A stretch of DNA of 64,000 bases from Verrucomicrobiia bacterium (lineage in GTDB: Bacteria > Verrucomicrobiota > Verrucomicrobiia > Limisphaerales > UBA11358): contig DASZXH010000044.1 of NCBI GenBank assembly GCA_035545995.1, positions 1,527 to 65,526 of the forward strand, in the 5' to 3' direction. Below, piece after piece: positions 45,746 to 57,100 of the stretch; position 1 is the first letter of the stretch, and each line of letters starts with the position of its first letter. Below the pieces are notes generated by a model. That model worked only from the letters and a program-made list of their open reading frames with translations, ran no database searches and was not told the origin of the DNA. Both the position numbers and the translations under genes were made by a program.

Positions 45746-46261
45746 GTGAAATTTACTAATGTTTTTGTGTTGCTGCTGGCAGCAATGATTTTCGCCGGTT
45801 GTAAAAAGTCGGAATCCATCGCCGCGCCGCAAAGCAATGGAGATTCGCTGCCGACACAGGCGCAGCCGAAATTGCCGACGCTGAAAATTTATCTCGGCGC
45901 GGAAACGCTGGACACCGAACTGGCCACAACACGACAGCAAGAGGAAACCGGCATGATGTTTCGCACGAACATTTTAGAAACCGACGCGATGCTGTTCGTC
46001 TTTCCGTTTCCACAACGTGCGAATTTCTGGATGAAGAATTGTCCCGAATCTATTTCCGCCGCCTACATTTCGCCCGACGGCGTGATTCAGGAAATCCATC
46101 ATTTGGAGAAAGAGGATACGAACACGGTTTCGTCCGCCACGGAAAACATCGGCTACGTTTTGGAAACCAAAGACGGCTGGTTTGGCCGGCACAACGTCAG
46201 CACCGGCATGGTGATTCGCACGGAACGCGGTTCGTTGCACGACACATTTTTTGGGAAATAA
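45746..46261 (+). CDS. DUF192-domain lipoprotein
   Basis: 'GMMFRTNILETDAMLFVFP...FWMKNCPESISAAYISPDG' is the DUF192 pattern. The N-terminus has 'FAGC'. The start is a non-ATG codon in the ORF track. Confidence 0.75.
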   Translation: MKFTNVFVLLLAAMIFAGCKKSESIAAPQSNGDSLPTQAQPKLPTLKIYLGAETLDTELATTRQQEETGMMFRTNILETDAMLFVFPFPQRANFWMKNCPESISAAYISPDGVIQEIHHLEKEDTNTVSSATENIGYVLETKDGWFGRHNVSTGMVIRTERGSLHDTFFGK

Positions 46262-46263
46262 CT

Positions 46264-47373
46264 TTACGCAAGACGGACAGCTTTTCCGGTTTTGGCCGAT
46301 TCATAAATCGCCATCATAATTTTCACGTCGCGCAAACCTTCTTCGCCGGGAACACGCGTTGGGTGATTTTCCAAAATACACTGCGCGAAGTCATCCATTT
46401 CGGCGGCGAATTGATCAATCTGCGGAAGTTGAATCAATTCACCGTTGCTGCGCTGACCTTGAATGCCGCCATAACCGTAAGCCGGATCAAGGCCAAACCA
46501 ACCGCGATCGGCAAATGCTTTGAAGCCGGCGATGCCGGGAACTTTGTAGGAAGCGCTATTGTAAGAAATGATGCCGCTCGGAAATTTCATCTGCCACACG
46601 ACTGATTCTTCAACGTCTTTGAATTTCACCGGGTCGGTTACAGTAGTGATGCCGGAAACTTCAATCGGTTCTTCACCAGAAATGTAACGTGTCGCCTGCA
46701 ACGCATAAATGCCCACATCCATGAGCGGGCCGCCGCCGGCCAATTCCTTTTTCAAACGCCATTGCGTCGGGTCGCCAATGGGAAAACCGAATCCGGCGTC
46801 AATGATCCGCACATCGCCAAAAGTTTTTTCGCGCGCGAGCCGGACACATTCCAGATTGTTCGGTTCGAAATGCAAACGATAGCCGATGGCCAATTGCTTT
46901 CCGGCTTTTTTACATTCATCAATCATCTGCTGACATTTTTCCACGGACACTTCCATCGGTTTTTCACAAAGCACGTGTTTGCCCGCGCGCGCGGCTTTGA
47001 TGGTGTGCTCGGCGTGCAGCGCGTTGGGTGTGACGACATAAACGACATCAATGTCGGGATTGTCCGCCATTTGTTCCATGTTGTCATAGTTGTAAATGTT
47101 CTTGTCGGGAATGTCGTATTGCGCTTTCCATTTTTCGGCTTTCGCCGGATGGCCGGTGACGATGCCAGTGAGTTTGCAGAATTTTGTCTTTTGCAACGCA
47201 GGCGCGAGTTGATGTGTGCTCAAATTGCCGAGACCGGCGAGCGCGAAACCAATTTTGCGCGACGGCTCCGCGGATTGCGCGCAGGAATTTAACGCGCCGA
47301 TGAACGGCAAGCTCGCGGCGACGACAGAAGTAGCTTTGATAAAATCACGGCGGGATTGGAATTTGGTTTTCAT
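46264..47373 (-). CDS. TAT-exported Gfo/Idh/MocA-family oxidoreductase
   Basis: 'SRRDFIKATSVVAA' is a twin-arginine signal. 'IGFALAGLGNLS' and 'CEKPM' are also present. Confidence 0.85.
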   Translation of the reverse strand: MKTKFQSRRDFIKATSVVAASLPFIGALNSCAQSAEPSRKIGFALAGLGNLSTHQLAPALQKTKFCKLTGIVTGHPAKAEKWKAQYDIPDKNIYNYDNMEQMADNPDIDVVYVVTPNALHAEHTIKAARAGKHVLCEKPMEVSVEKCQQMIDECKKAGKQLAIGYRLHFEPNNLECVRLAREKTFGDVRIIDAGFGFPIGDPTQWRLKKELAGGGPLMDVGIYALQATRYISGEEPIEVSGITTVTDPVKFKDVEESVVWQMKFPSGIISYNSASYKVPGIAGFKAFADRGWFGLDPAYGYGGIQGQRSNGELIQLPQIDQFAAEMDDFAQCILENHPTRVPGEEGLRDVKIMMAIYESAKTGKAVRLA

Positions 47374-47447
47374 GGCGAAAATTCAGTTAGCTCGGACGAC
47401 TCAAAAAATGCTCGCCGTTTCACCGGAGCGCAAACTAAATTATTGCG

Positions 47448-48731
47448 ATGTCGCGCGTTGAATCTGAAAAACTTTTTGCCGAAGCGTTGAATTATATTCC
47501 CGGTGGCGTCAATTCACCCGTGCGCGCATTCCGCGCCGTCGGCGGCAATCCATTTTTTGTTCAACGCGCCAAAGGCTCAAAAATCTGGGACGTGGACGGC
47601 AATGAATTGATTGATTACGTCGGCACTTGGGGACCGGCGATTCTCGGCCACGCGCATCCGAAAATCATTGCCGCCGTCAAAACCGCCGCCGAATTAGGAA
47701 CGAGTTTCGGCATTCCCAATCCGCTCGAAGTGAAAATGGCGAAGTTGATTTGTGAATTTGTTCCGTCAATTCAAAAGGTGCGGATGGTGAATTCGGGAAC
47801 GGAAGCGTGCATGGGCGCAATCCGCCTCGCGCGCGGTTTCACGAAGCGCGACAAGATCATCAAATTCGACGGTTGCTATCATGGTCACGCCGATTCGCTT
47901 TTGGTCAAAGCTGGCAGTGGCGCGTTGACGTTTGGCAATCCCGACAGCGCGGGCGTGCCGGCGGCGTTCACGCAACACACCATCGTCGCGCCGTTCAACG
48001 ACGTGGACACGCTGAAACATATTTTTGCGGCGAACAAAAATGAAATCGCGGCAATCATCGTCGAACCGGTTCCGGGCAACGCTGGTTTATATTTGCCGAA
48101 ACCCGGCTATCTGGAATTTTTGCGCGAAATCACAAATTCAAATGGCGCGCTGTTGATTTTCGATGAAGTGATGACGGGTTTTCGTCTCGCACGCGGTGGC
48201 GCGCAGGAACGATTCAACATTTTGCCGGACTTGACGTGCCTCGGCAAAATCATCGGCGGCGGTTTGCCGGTCGGCGCATTCGGCGGACGCGCGGACATCA
48301 TGGATTGGCTCGCGCCGCTCGGGCCAGTTTATCAGGCGGGAACGTTGAGCGGCAATCCGGTGGCGATGGCGGCGGGAATCGCGGCGTTGGAGGAATTGAA
48401 TCGCGGAGATCAATATGCGTTGCTCGAAAAGTTCGGCGCGCAACTCGAAGCGGGAATTGGCGACGCAGCGCGCGCGGCGAAAATTCCAATTCAATTCAAT
48501 CGCTGTGGCTCGATGTTCTGCATTTATTTCACGAGCGAGCCGATTTGGAATTTATCCGACGCCATGAAGAGCGACCGCGAGCGGTTCAAGAAATTTTTTC
48601 ACGGAATGTTGGACGCAGGCATTTACCTTGCGCCGTCGCAGTTTGAGGCCGGCTTCATTTCCACTGCACACGCGGCGGCGGACATTGAAAAAACGGTGCA
48701 AGCGGCAATGAAAGTTTTGCGTGAACTGTAA
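47448..48731 (+). CDS. hemL: glutamate-1-semialdehyde 2,1-aminomutase
   Basis: The motifs are '[12 protein letters not shown]', '[16 protein letters not shown]' (PLP Lys) and '[10 protein letters not shown]'. Confidence 0.95.
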   Translation: MSRVESEKLFAEALNYIPGGVNSPVRAFRAVGGNPFFVQRAKGSKIWDVDGNELIDYVGTWGPAILGHAHPKIIAAVKTAAELGTSFGIPNPLEVKMAKLICEFVPSIQKVRMVNSGTEACMGAIRLARGFTKRDKIIKFDGCYHGHADSLLVKAGSGALTFGNPDSAGVPAAFTQHTIVAPFNDVDTLKHIFAANKNEIAAIIVEPVPGNAGLYLPKPGYLEFLREITNSNGALLIFDEVMTGFRLARGGAQERFNILPDLTCLGKIIGGGLPVGAFGGRADIMDWLAPLGPVYQAGTLSGNPVAMAAGIAALEELNRGDQYALLEKFGAQLEAGIGDAARAAKIPIQFNRCGSMFCIYFTSEPIWNLSDAMKSDRERFKKFFHGMLDAGIYLAPSQFEAGFISTAHAAADIEKTVQAAMKVLREL

Positions 48732-48811
48732 CCTTCGATTTTCACAAACGTCTGACCAGATAACTCCTCGGCATGATGCTGCGGAAAATTAACGTAAAAT
48801 CACGACAGTTT

Positions 48812-49234
48812 ATGAAAGCAAATAGAATAACACTCATCACGGCACTAGCCGTTGGCGGTTTGCTGGCCTTGGGCACGGCTTTGCACGCGGATGACAGCAC
48901 GAACACTCCGCCTGCCGCGCCGACGCCCAAAAGCAACTCCGGTGGACACGTGCGCGGGCCAAACATTGATCAAATTGCCAAGCGATTGGATTTGACCGAC
49001 GACCAGAAGCCGAAGGTCAAGACGATTCTTGACGAACGAAACGACAAGATGCGCGCGGTAATGCAGGATAAAGACGCGTCGCGCGATGACAAAATGGCCA
49101 AAATGAAAACGATCCGCGAGGATACCGATACGAAAATGAAAGCCGTTCTCACGGCGGATCAATTTGCGAAATGGCAAAAGATGCAGCCGCAACCGCGCCA
49201 ACACCGCGCGCCCAATGACGCGCCGCAAAATTAA
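48812..49234 (+). CDS. periplasmic LTXXQ/Spy-CpxP-like helical protein
   Basis: It has a signal peptide. The repeats 'LDLTDDQKPKVKTIL' and 'LTADQFAKWQKM' are present. Confidence 0.55.
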   Translation: MKANRITLITALAVGGLLALGTALHADDSTNTPPAAPTPKSNSGGHVRGPNIDQIAKRLDLTDDQKPKVKTILDERNDKMRAVMQDKDASRDDKMAKMKTIREDTDTKMKAVLTADQFAKWQKMQPQPRQHRAPNDAPQN

Positions 49235-49264
49235 GTTTTGCGCGAATCGGTAAAGTGATAATCA

Positions 49265-49290
49265 AGGACGGCCCGCGCCGTCCTTTTTTG
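49265..49290 (+). terminator. intrinsic terminator
   Basis: AGGACGG-cccgcg-CCGTCCT is followed by TTTTTT. Confidence 0.75.
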
Positions 49291-49386
49291 TTTTTCAGCG
49301 GCATTTATTTTTCCCGGTGGGTGTTGCGGCAAGAGCCGTGAAATTCATTTGAGCAAAGGCGTTGACGTCGTTATCGTGATGACATT

Positions 49387-49463
49387 GCGCGCGTAGCTCA
49401 ACTGGATAGAGCGTCGGCCTCCGGAGCCGAAGGTTGTGGGTTCAAATCCCGCCGCGCGCACCA
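49387..49463 (+). tRNA. tRNA-Arg (anticodon CCG)
   Basis: The cloverleaf was folded by eye. The acceptor stem is GCGCGCG/CGCGCGC, the D-loop is AGCTCAACTGGATAGAGC, the anticodon arm is TCGGC-CTCCGGA-GCCGA and the T-arm is GTGGGTTCAAATCCCGC. CCA is encoded. Confidence 0.9.
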
Positions 49464-49523
49464 TCTTTTGTTTTATCGGTGAATGGATGAATTACCGGTT
49501 TTGCAATTAAGAATTATTGTGTA

Positions 49524-52500
49524 ATGATGACCGTCATGTTCCGCAATGCTTTCTTTCTTTCCGCGTGGACGGCGTATTTTGTTTTTTTTAATTCACATCC
49601 GGCTTGTGCGGAAAGTTCAAATTGGTTTGCGCGTGTGTGGCAATCGGATGACGGGTTGCCGGACAACAATGTCACCGGCGTGGCGCAGACATCGGACGGT
49701 TATTTATGGGTGGCGACGCAAGGCGGTTTGGTGCGTTTTGACGGCATCCAGTTCAAAAGACTTTCGCTGCCGACAATTTTGGGAATGCCGGTGGGGATGA
49801 TTCGCGCATTGACGGTTTGCAACGGAGATCATTTGTGGCTGGCGTTGGAAGGCGGTGTGGTGATTTCCGTGAGTCCTTACGAAACCAAAATTTACACCAC
49901 GGCGCAGGGATTGCCGGGAGTCCGTCCGGCTTCCATCACCGAAGGCGCGGATGGTTCGGTTTGGGTGGGATATTGGGATGACTCCGCCTGTCGAATTGCA
50001 GACGGTGAAGTAAAGCGTTTCACCAACAAAGAAGGATTGCCCTATACCGGGTTTTGTTCATTGGCGACTGACGTTAAGAAACAACTGTGGTTTGCCGAGG
50101 GCAATCACGTTGGCATTTTCCGCGACGGCAGATTCGTCTCTTTGATAACCGCGCCCGGACGGCTGGCGGGCATTGCGGCAAAGGATGACGGAGGTATTTG
50201 GATTGTCGCCGGTCGGAAATTATTCAAATACGAAGCCGGTGAAATGTTGACGCAAGTGGCCGAACTGCCGGCGTCCGGTGAAAATATCGAGCCGCTGGCT
50301 CTGTTTGAGGACCGGACAAAGGCGGTTTGGATCGGCACCGCGGCAAACGGCCTGTTTCGTTTTGATGGCACGAATGTGTCTCATGTGCGCGCGTCCCGCG
50401 AAGAAATCAGAAGCATCACACAAGACAGCGAAGGCAACATTTGGGTTGGTTCAAGCGGCTCCGGCTTGAGCCGTTTGTCGCCGCATGTGTTGGAATTGTT
50501 TGGCGTGGAACGCGGTCTGCCTTTCGAGATGGTGCAATCGGTTTGCGAAGACGCGGACAGCAATTTGTGGGTTGTCGCGCCGAATGGTTCTTTGGTGCGC
50601 CAACAGGACAAGGACTGGCAATTGATGAATGGCAATCCCGAATGGCCCGGCGGACAGGCTTCCTGTGTCGCCGCGGACGGAGTTGGCAAAGTCTGGATTG
50701 GCACAGTGAACAACGGCTTATACGAATGGGATGACGGCCATTATTCTGTGATTCGCAAGACAAATGGTCTGGCCAGCGACAAAGTTTGGACATTGATGAC
50801 GGATTCTCAAAATGACATTTGGATTTCCTTGAGCAATCCCAATTGCGTGGAACGCCTGCACGATGGAAAATTTCAAAAATTTGATTTACCCGCCGGCAGT
50901 CATTTTGCGCGGGCGATGGTGGAAGACGCGGCGCACGTCATTTGGATGGGGACTGAAGATGGAAAATTGTTACGGGTGAAAGATGGCGTTTTGTTGGATG
51001 AAACCGCGCGCACGTTGACGAAGTTGGTGCCGATTCGATGTCTGCAAGCGACTGCTGATGGAAGTTTATGGATTGGATACGCCGGCGCGGGTTTGGGCCG
51101 GCTCAAGGACGGGCAGTTTGTGCAAATCAGCGCGGAACAAGGATTGCCCGATGATTTCATTTCTCAAATTCTACCGGATGATTTTGGCCGGCTGTGGATT
51201 GCCGGCAACAAAGGCATTTTTGAAGTGCAACAGCCGGAATTGGAAACCGCCGGCGAGCCGGTAAAAAATGTCCAGCCCATGCTCTTCGGAAAAAACGAAG
51301 GTTTGCCGAGTCTTCAAGCGAATTTTGGCTACGGGCCGAATTTCATACGGCTGCGGGATGGCCGGCTCTGTTTTTCCATGTTGACCGGTCTCGTGATGGT
51401 GAATCCGCAAAAAATTTCCATCCATCAACAAGCCGTTCCGGTTTTGATTGAGCGCGTGAGTGTGGACGGCAAAATTTTGCCGTTCCCCGGATACAATCAA
51501 CTGTTGGGAAACGAACTGACCGCGTCGAATGAATTTCAATCCGTCCGCGCGTTGGAGATTCCGCCCGAACATCGCGAATTGAAAATTGACTACAATGCGC
51601 TTGGCTTTGCCGCGCCGCAGAATGTCCGTATGCGCTATCAATTGCTCGGATACGACCAACAGCCGGTCGAGACGGCGCAGCGCAGCGTAACGTATTCGCA
51701 AATCCCGCCGGGGCGCTATCAATTTCAAGTCACCGCGTGCAACGATTCCGGCGTGTGGAATCAAACCGGCGCGCAATTGAATTTTATTGTGGAACCGTTT
51801 TTCTGGCAGACTTGGTGGTTTCGAATGGCGGCGTTGCTGGCATTTGCCGGCGCGATTGTCGTGGCGATTTATTATGTTTCCGTGCGCCGTTTGCACCGTA
51901 AAGTGTGGCGGCTTGAACAGGAGTCGGCAGTCGAAAAAGACCGCGCTCGCATCGCCAAGGATTTGCATGACGACTTGGGCGCGCATTTGAGTCAAATCGC
52001 GATGTTAAGCGAGCTGGCGCAGACGGATTTGGAGAAACCGGCGCAGGCAAGAAGTCACATTGACCAGATTTTTCGCAACGCACGATTGCTCACGCGTTCG
52101 CTCGATGAAATCGTCTGGGCGGTCAATCCCAAAAACGACACGTTGGAACGGTTCGTGGCGCACATCTGTCAATTCGCACCGGAATTTTTGCGAACGGCGG
52201 ACATTCGTTGCCGGTTGGACATGCCGATGGATTTGCCCTCGCTCCAACTTGCTTCCAATGTTCGGCATCAACTTTATCTCGGTTTCAAGGAATCATTGCA
52301 CAATATCGTCAAACACGCGGAAGCTACCGAAGTTTGGTTGCGGCTCAAATTGATGGACGGCACGATTGTTTTCACGATTGAAGACAACGGTCGGGGTTTT
52401 GAGACCAATAAAGTTTTCAAAAATGGCGAGGACGGATTGCTGAATTTGCATGACCGCATGACGGAAATCGGTGGACGTTTTGAACAGCAAAGCCAGCCGG

Positions 52501-52550
52501 GGCAGGGCACACGCACGATTTTTATCGCGCCGATTCATTCAAGACCGTGA
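49524..52550 (+). CDS. sensor histidine kinase with periplasmic beta-propeller/Y_Y_Y ligand-binding region (HisKA_3 type)
   Basis: It has repeated 'W(I/V)GT..GL' propeller blades and a Y_Y_Y segment ('RMRYQLLGYDQQ...YSQIPPGRYQFQV'). After a TM helix come 'IAKDLHDDLGAHLS' and 'EDNGRGF'. Confidence 0.85.
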   Translation: MMTVMFRNAFFLSAWTAYFVFFNSHPACAESSNWFARVWQSDDGLPDNNVTGVAQTSDGYLWVATQGGLVRFDGIQFKRLSLPTILGMPVGMIRALTVCNGDHLWLALEGGVVISVSPYETKIYTTAQGLPGVRPASITEGADGSVWVGYWDDSACRIADGEVKRFTNKEGLPYTGFCSLATDVKKQLWFAEGNHVGIFRDGRFVSLITAPGRLAGIAAKDDGGIWIVAGRKLFKYEAGEMLTQVAELPASGENIEPLALFEDRTKAVWIGTAANGLFRFDGTNVSHVRASREEIRSITQDSEGNIWVGSSGSGLSRLSPHVLELFGVERGLPFEMVQSVCEDADSNLWVVAPNGSLVRQQDKDWQLMNGNPEWPGGQASCVAADGVGKVWIGTVNNGLYEWDDGHYSVIRKTNGLASDKVWTLMTDSQNDIWISLSNPNCVERLHDGKFQKFDLPAGSHFARAMVEDAAHVIWMGTEDGKLLRVKDGVLLDETARTLTKLVPIRCLQATADGSLWIGYAGAGLGRLKDGQFVQISAEQGLPDDFISQILPDDFGRLWIAGNKGIFEVQQPELETAGEPVKNVQPMLFGKNEGLPSLQANFGYGPNFIRLRDGRLCFSMLTGLVMVNPQKISIHQQAVPVLIERVSVDGKILPFPGYNQLLGNELTASNEFQSVRALEIPPEHRELKIDYNALGFAAPQNVRMRYQLLGYDQQPVETAQRSVTYSQIPPGRYQFQVTACNDSGVWNQTGAQLNFIVEPFFWQTWWFRMAALLAFAGAIVVAIYYVSVRRLHRKVWRLEQESAVEKDRARIAKDLHDDLGAHLSQIAMLSELAQTDLEKPAQARSHIDQIFRNARLLTRSLDEIVWAVNPKNDTLERFVAHICQFAPEFLRTADIRCRLDMPMDLPSLQLASNVRHQLYLGFKESLHNIVKHAEATEVWLRLKLMDGTIVFTIEDNGRGFETNKVFKNGEDGLLNLHDRMTEIGGRFEQQSQPGQGTRTIFIAPIHSRP

Positions 52551-52621
52551 TGAAAACGAATTTCGACCTTCGGCAGAATTGCCGACTGTCAGCTTTTGGT
52601 TGGAACGCCTAACCTGAAAGA

Positions 52622-53266
52622 ATGATGGCCGTTAAACAAACACCGATAACCATCGCAATCATTGAAGACGACGCCGGATTGCGCGAAAGTCTGCGCGGCA
52701 TTGTGCAGCGCGCGCCGGATTGCCGTTGCGTCGGCGCTTTCGGCAGCGCCGAGGAAGCGTTGCAGGCCATTCCTGAATTGAATCCGACAGTGGTTTTAAT
52801 GGACATCAATTTGCCCGGCATGGATGGCGTGGAATGTGTGCGCCGGATGGTTGAATTGGAGCCGCATCCGCAAATCATCATGCTGACGGTCCACGAAGAC
52901 ACGGATTTCATTTTTGAATCATTGGCGGCGGGCGCGTCCGGTTATTTGCTCAAGCCGGTGCGCGCCGTTGAATTGCTGGCGGCGGTCAAGAATGTCCATG
53001 CCGGCGGCGCGCCGATGACCAGCAGCATTGCGCGCAAAGTGGTGCAGTCGTTCAAGCAGGCCAAGCCGTCGCAGAACGAAGTGGATGAATTGTCTCCGCG
53101 CGAGCAGGAAATACTGGATTATCTGGCCAAAGGTTACAGCTACAAGGAAACTTCGGAACAAATCGGCATCAGTTACAGCACGGTTCATACGCACATCGAA
53201 CACATTTATCACAAGTTGCACGTTCGTTCCCGCGCTCAAGCGGTGGCTAAATATCTGGGGGTTTGA
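52622..53266 (+). CDS. NarL/LuxR-family response regulator
   Basis: The receiver domain has 'VVLMDINLPGMDG'. The C-terminal HTH is 'KETSEQIGISYSTVHTHIEHIYHKLHV'. Confidence 0.9.
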   Translation: MMAVKQTPITIAIIEDDAGLRESLRGIVQRAPDCRCVGAFGSAEEALQAIPELNPTVVLMDINLPGMDGVECVRRMVELEPHPQIIMLTVHEDTDFIFESLAAGASGYLLKPVRAVELLAAVKNVHAGGAPMTSSIARKVVQSFKQAKPSQNEVDELSPREQEILDYLAKGYSYKETSEQIGISYSTVHTHIEHIYHKLHVRSRAQAVAKYLGV

Positions 53267-53319
53267 CGGTTAAGATAATTGCCGAGGCGAAACATCGGCA
53301 GTTTTGCTGACTTCACAAG

Positions 53320-54123
53320 ATGAAAAATCGCTCTAAATTGAAACCATACAAACACGCTAGATTTAATCCGTCCATGTTTACGTTTTTCATGACCCGGAAA
53401 AACCGGGGTTTTACGCTCATTGAATTGCTGGTGGTGATCGCGATTATCGCGATTCTGGCGGCTATGTTGTTGCCCGCTTTGGCCAGAGCGAAAGCGCGGG
53501 CGCAGGGAATCCAATGCGTCAGCAACGGCAAACAATTCATGCTCGCATGGCTGATGTATGCGGACGATTCCAACAACTATTTGGTTCCCAATCCGTCATC
53601 GGGAACTTCATCGGATTTGAACATAACGACCAACAATTCCTGGGCTGCCGGAAACATGGCCGAGCCGGAAGAAGCGACCAACGAAACGCTTATCGAAAAT
53701 GCGTTGCTTTTCCCTTATGTCAAGTCCATCGGTTTATACAAATGTCCTGGCAATCAAAAAGACATGGTTCGCGGCGTTTCGATGAACGGTTACATGGGAA
53801 CTACAAACGGCGGCGCAACTTTTGGCCCGAATTATCAAAATTATACCAGACTGGCTTCAATCCGAAAGCCGACAGACCGGTTTGTGATCATTGATGAAGA
53901 CGCGGGAACCATCAATGACGCCTGTTTCCGGGTAGATGCGCCCGCGAACACAGTGGATGACTGGCCAGCCGAATATCATTTAGGCTGCAGCGGCGTTTCC
54001 TTTGCCGATGGTCACGCTGAATTGCATCGCTGGAGATATATCAGGCCGCCGACCTTTGCCCCCACGTCGAGCCAATTAAGTGATTTGAATGATTTGATTA
54101 ATTTGGCCACTGAACACAAATAA
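53320..54123 (+). CDS. prepilin-type N-terminal cleavage/methylation protein with H-X9-DG motif
   Basis: '[25 protein letters not shown]' and the C-terminal '[13 protein letters not shown]' are present. The true start is probably ATG 53374 or 53389. Confidence 0.85.
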   Translation: MKNRSKLKPYKHARFNPSMFTFFMTRKNRGFTLIELLVVIAIIAILAAMLLPALARAKARAQGIQCVSNGKQFMLAWLMYADDSNNYLVPNPSSGTSSDLNITTNNSWAAGNMAEPEEATNETLIENALLFPYVKSIGLYKCPGNQKDMVRGVSMNGYMGTTNGGATFGPNYQNYTRLASIRKPTDRFVIIDEDAGTINDACFRVDAPANTVDDWPAEYHLGCSGVSFADGHAELHRWRYIRPPTFAPTSSQLSDLNDLINLATEHK

Positions 54124-54145
54124 ACCCAACAACCAAGAATCCGTT

Positions 54146-57100
54146 ATGAAAAAATCCATCATGGTTTCCGTGCAAACAGCGGTGATTGCCGCGAGTTTTG
54201 CCTTGTCATTGCCCCTGCGCGCGACCGTCACCAACATCGTCTGCAATTCCGCCGACTACACCTGCCAGCCGACAAGCGGCGTCAACAATCCTGTGTCCAG
54301 CTCGACGGACGCGATTGGATTCGCCGGTTCGCCTGGTTCAAGCTGGTGCGCCATTTTGATGTTTCCGTTGCCCACGCTGCCGCCGGGGAAAATAGTCGGG
54401 CCGCAAACCACATTGTCGGTGACTTTAAGTTCCATCGGCGCCAGCACGACCATCAACGGCGACCTTTGGGGCGTGGCAAATTTTCGGAACACGTTGCCGG
54501 GAGCAACGCCTGATTCAACTTACTGGTATTATCTCGCCAACGATACCGGTCCGGGAAGTAATCCCACGCCGACCGACACGAAATTGATGGATAATTTTCT
54601 TACTCCAAGCCTGATTAACCAAGCCGGCGCGATTGTTTCGACGCCGACCGGGACGACCAATAATCTTCAGAATTACATCCAGAATTTTTATATCAACAAT
54701 CCCGGTTATGACGCTTCCGTGTCGCAAGCGTATGTCTGGGTGCGGATCAATCCTGATTCCGCTTCGACTTCAACGGCCAACCGGTATGTGATTATTGCCG
54801 GTGACAGCAGCACTTCCAAACCCACTTTGAATCTGGATATTGCGGATATTCCGACAAACACTTTAGTTTGGAACGGCAACGCATCGGCTGTTTGGGATGA
54901 TTCGACAGCGAATTGGAAATCCAACAATATCACCGGATTCGTTTATCAGGACGGAGCCAATGTGATTTTTGACGACACGTTCAGCGCCAATCCGGCAGTC
55001 ACATTGGACACGACGGTGTTGCCCACCAGCGTGACGGTGAACAATAGCGTGGCCAATTACTCCATCAGCGGCTCAGGGAATATCAGCGGCGCGGCATCGT
55101 TATTGAAATTGGGAACCGGCACTTTGGTTTTGGACACGGACAATGATTATTCCGGCGGAACCATTTTGGCGGGCGGTGTTTTGCAAATCGGCAACGGCGA
55201 CACGCACGGTTCAATTGGTTCCGGTCCGTTGACCAATAACATCAACGGAACGGCGCTGGTGTTCAATCGCACGGATGCCATCAGCGTGAATACCATTACC
55301 AGAAATTCTTCTTACAATGCCAGTATTGTCGTGAACTCAGGTTCAGTCAGTTTGGGCGGAACTGATGATAATTCCGGCACGCTGGCCACGGTTAACAGCG
55401 GCGGCACGTTGATTTTGGCCAAACCGAGCAGCAGTAGCGCGCACGCGCTGGGTTCTTCCAGCACCATCAATGCCGGTGGCGTTATGCAACTGGGCGGCAC
55501 AGGCGGCGACCAGATTTATCAAAGTGCTTATATCACCAACAACGGCACATTCGATTTGGCCGGATTGAGCGAAGGATTTAACGGCATGACCGGCAACGGA
55601 TTGGTGACCAATTCTGCCATTGGCAATTCAACACTGCAATTGGGCGATGGCGGCGGCACGGCTTCATTCGCCGGCTCGATTGTGGATGGCGCGGGAGCGG
55701 TCGCGTTGATTAAGACCGGCGCAGGAACTCAAACTTTGACCGGAACCAATACTTATTCGGGCGGAACCACGGTCAACGGCGGCAAATTGGTGGTTTTGAC
55801 CAGCGGCAACGGCGGCGATTATACAGTCACCAATTCTGCGACATTGGGCATCAACGTGGCGGCGATAAACGCGGCACTTGACATCAATACTTTGAATTTG
55901 GGAACGGCAAAAATTGAATTTCAAAGCATCAATAGCGCGACCGTAGCTCCGCTTCAGATTGGCAACCTGGTTCTCAACGGCACGGTTACGATAAATATCA
56001 CCAACAACAGCATTACCTATCTTCCCGGACAAAGTTATCCGTTGATTGCTTATACCAATTTGTCCGGTAGCGGCAGTTTCGTCATCGGCACGTTGCCGAC
56101 GGGCGTGTCCGGTAGTCTGGACACCAGTGCCAGCCCGATTAAGTTTGTCGTTTCAAATGTTCCGGTCACATGGAACGGCAATGTTTCGGGCGTTTGGGAC
56201 ATCAACACCACGCCCAATTGGAAATTCGGGACGCTGACCGGACTGGTTTATCCCGACAATGAGCCGGTGACGTTTGACGATACGTTGAGCGGCACTTCGT
56301 CCATTGATTTGGAAGCGTATGTCAATCCGATCAGTGTCACCTTTAGCAATTCCACCCATGCCTACATCGTCAGTGGCCCCGGCGATATTTCCGGGCCGGG
56401 CCTGTTTACCAAAACCGGCACGAACATTTTGATTCTGGACACGGACAATGATTATTATGGCGGAACTGTATTGTCCGGCGGCACGTTGCAAATCGGAAAC
56501 AACGATACGCATGGCAACCTCGGCACGGGGCCGCTCACTAATTTAGTGGGTGGAACCATTTTGGCCTTCAACCGGACGGATTCTATCACCGTTAATACAA
56601 TCACCAGAACCACAGTGGACAACAGCGCGCATATCGTGGTCAATTCCGGCATCGTGTCGTTGGGCGGAACCGGAGACAACGCCGGCACGTTGGCCACGGT
56701 CAATAGCGGCGCCACATTGATTCTGGCGAAGGACAGCAGCAGCACAGTCCACGCTCTTTCGGGCATCGGCGGACTGGTGATTAATCCCGGCGGCACTATG
56801 CAATTAGGCGGTTATGGCAATGACCAGATTTATACGAGTTCGATCCTCACCGACAACGGCACGTTTGACATGGCCGGTTACAATGAAGGTTTCGACGGCC
56901 TCAACGGCAATGGAATTGTCACCGATTCAGCCGGCGGCAGTTCTACGTTGCAGTTGGGCGAAAATAACGGCTCCTATACGTTCGACGGCGCCATCGTGAA
57001 CGGCAACGGAGTTTTGGGGTTAACCAAAGTTGGCGCGGGCACGTTGATTTTGACTGGCGCCAGCTCTTACAACGGAGACACAACCGTGAGCACCGGCAAG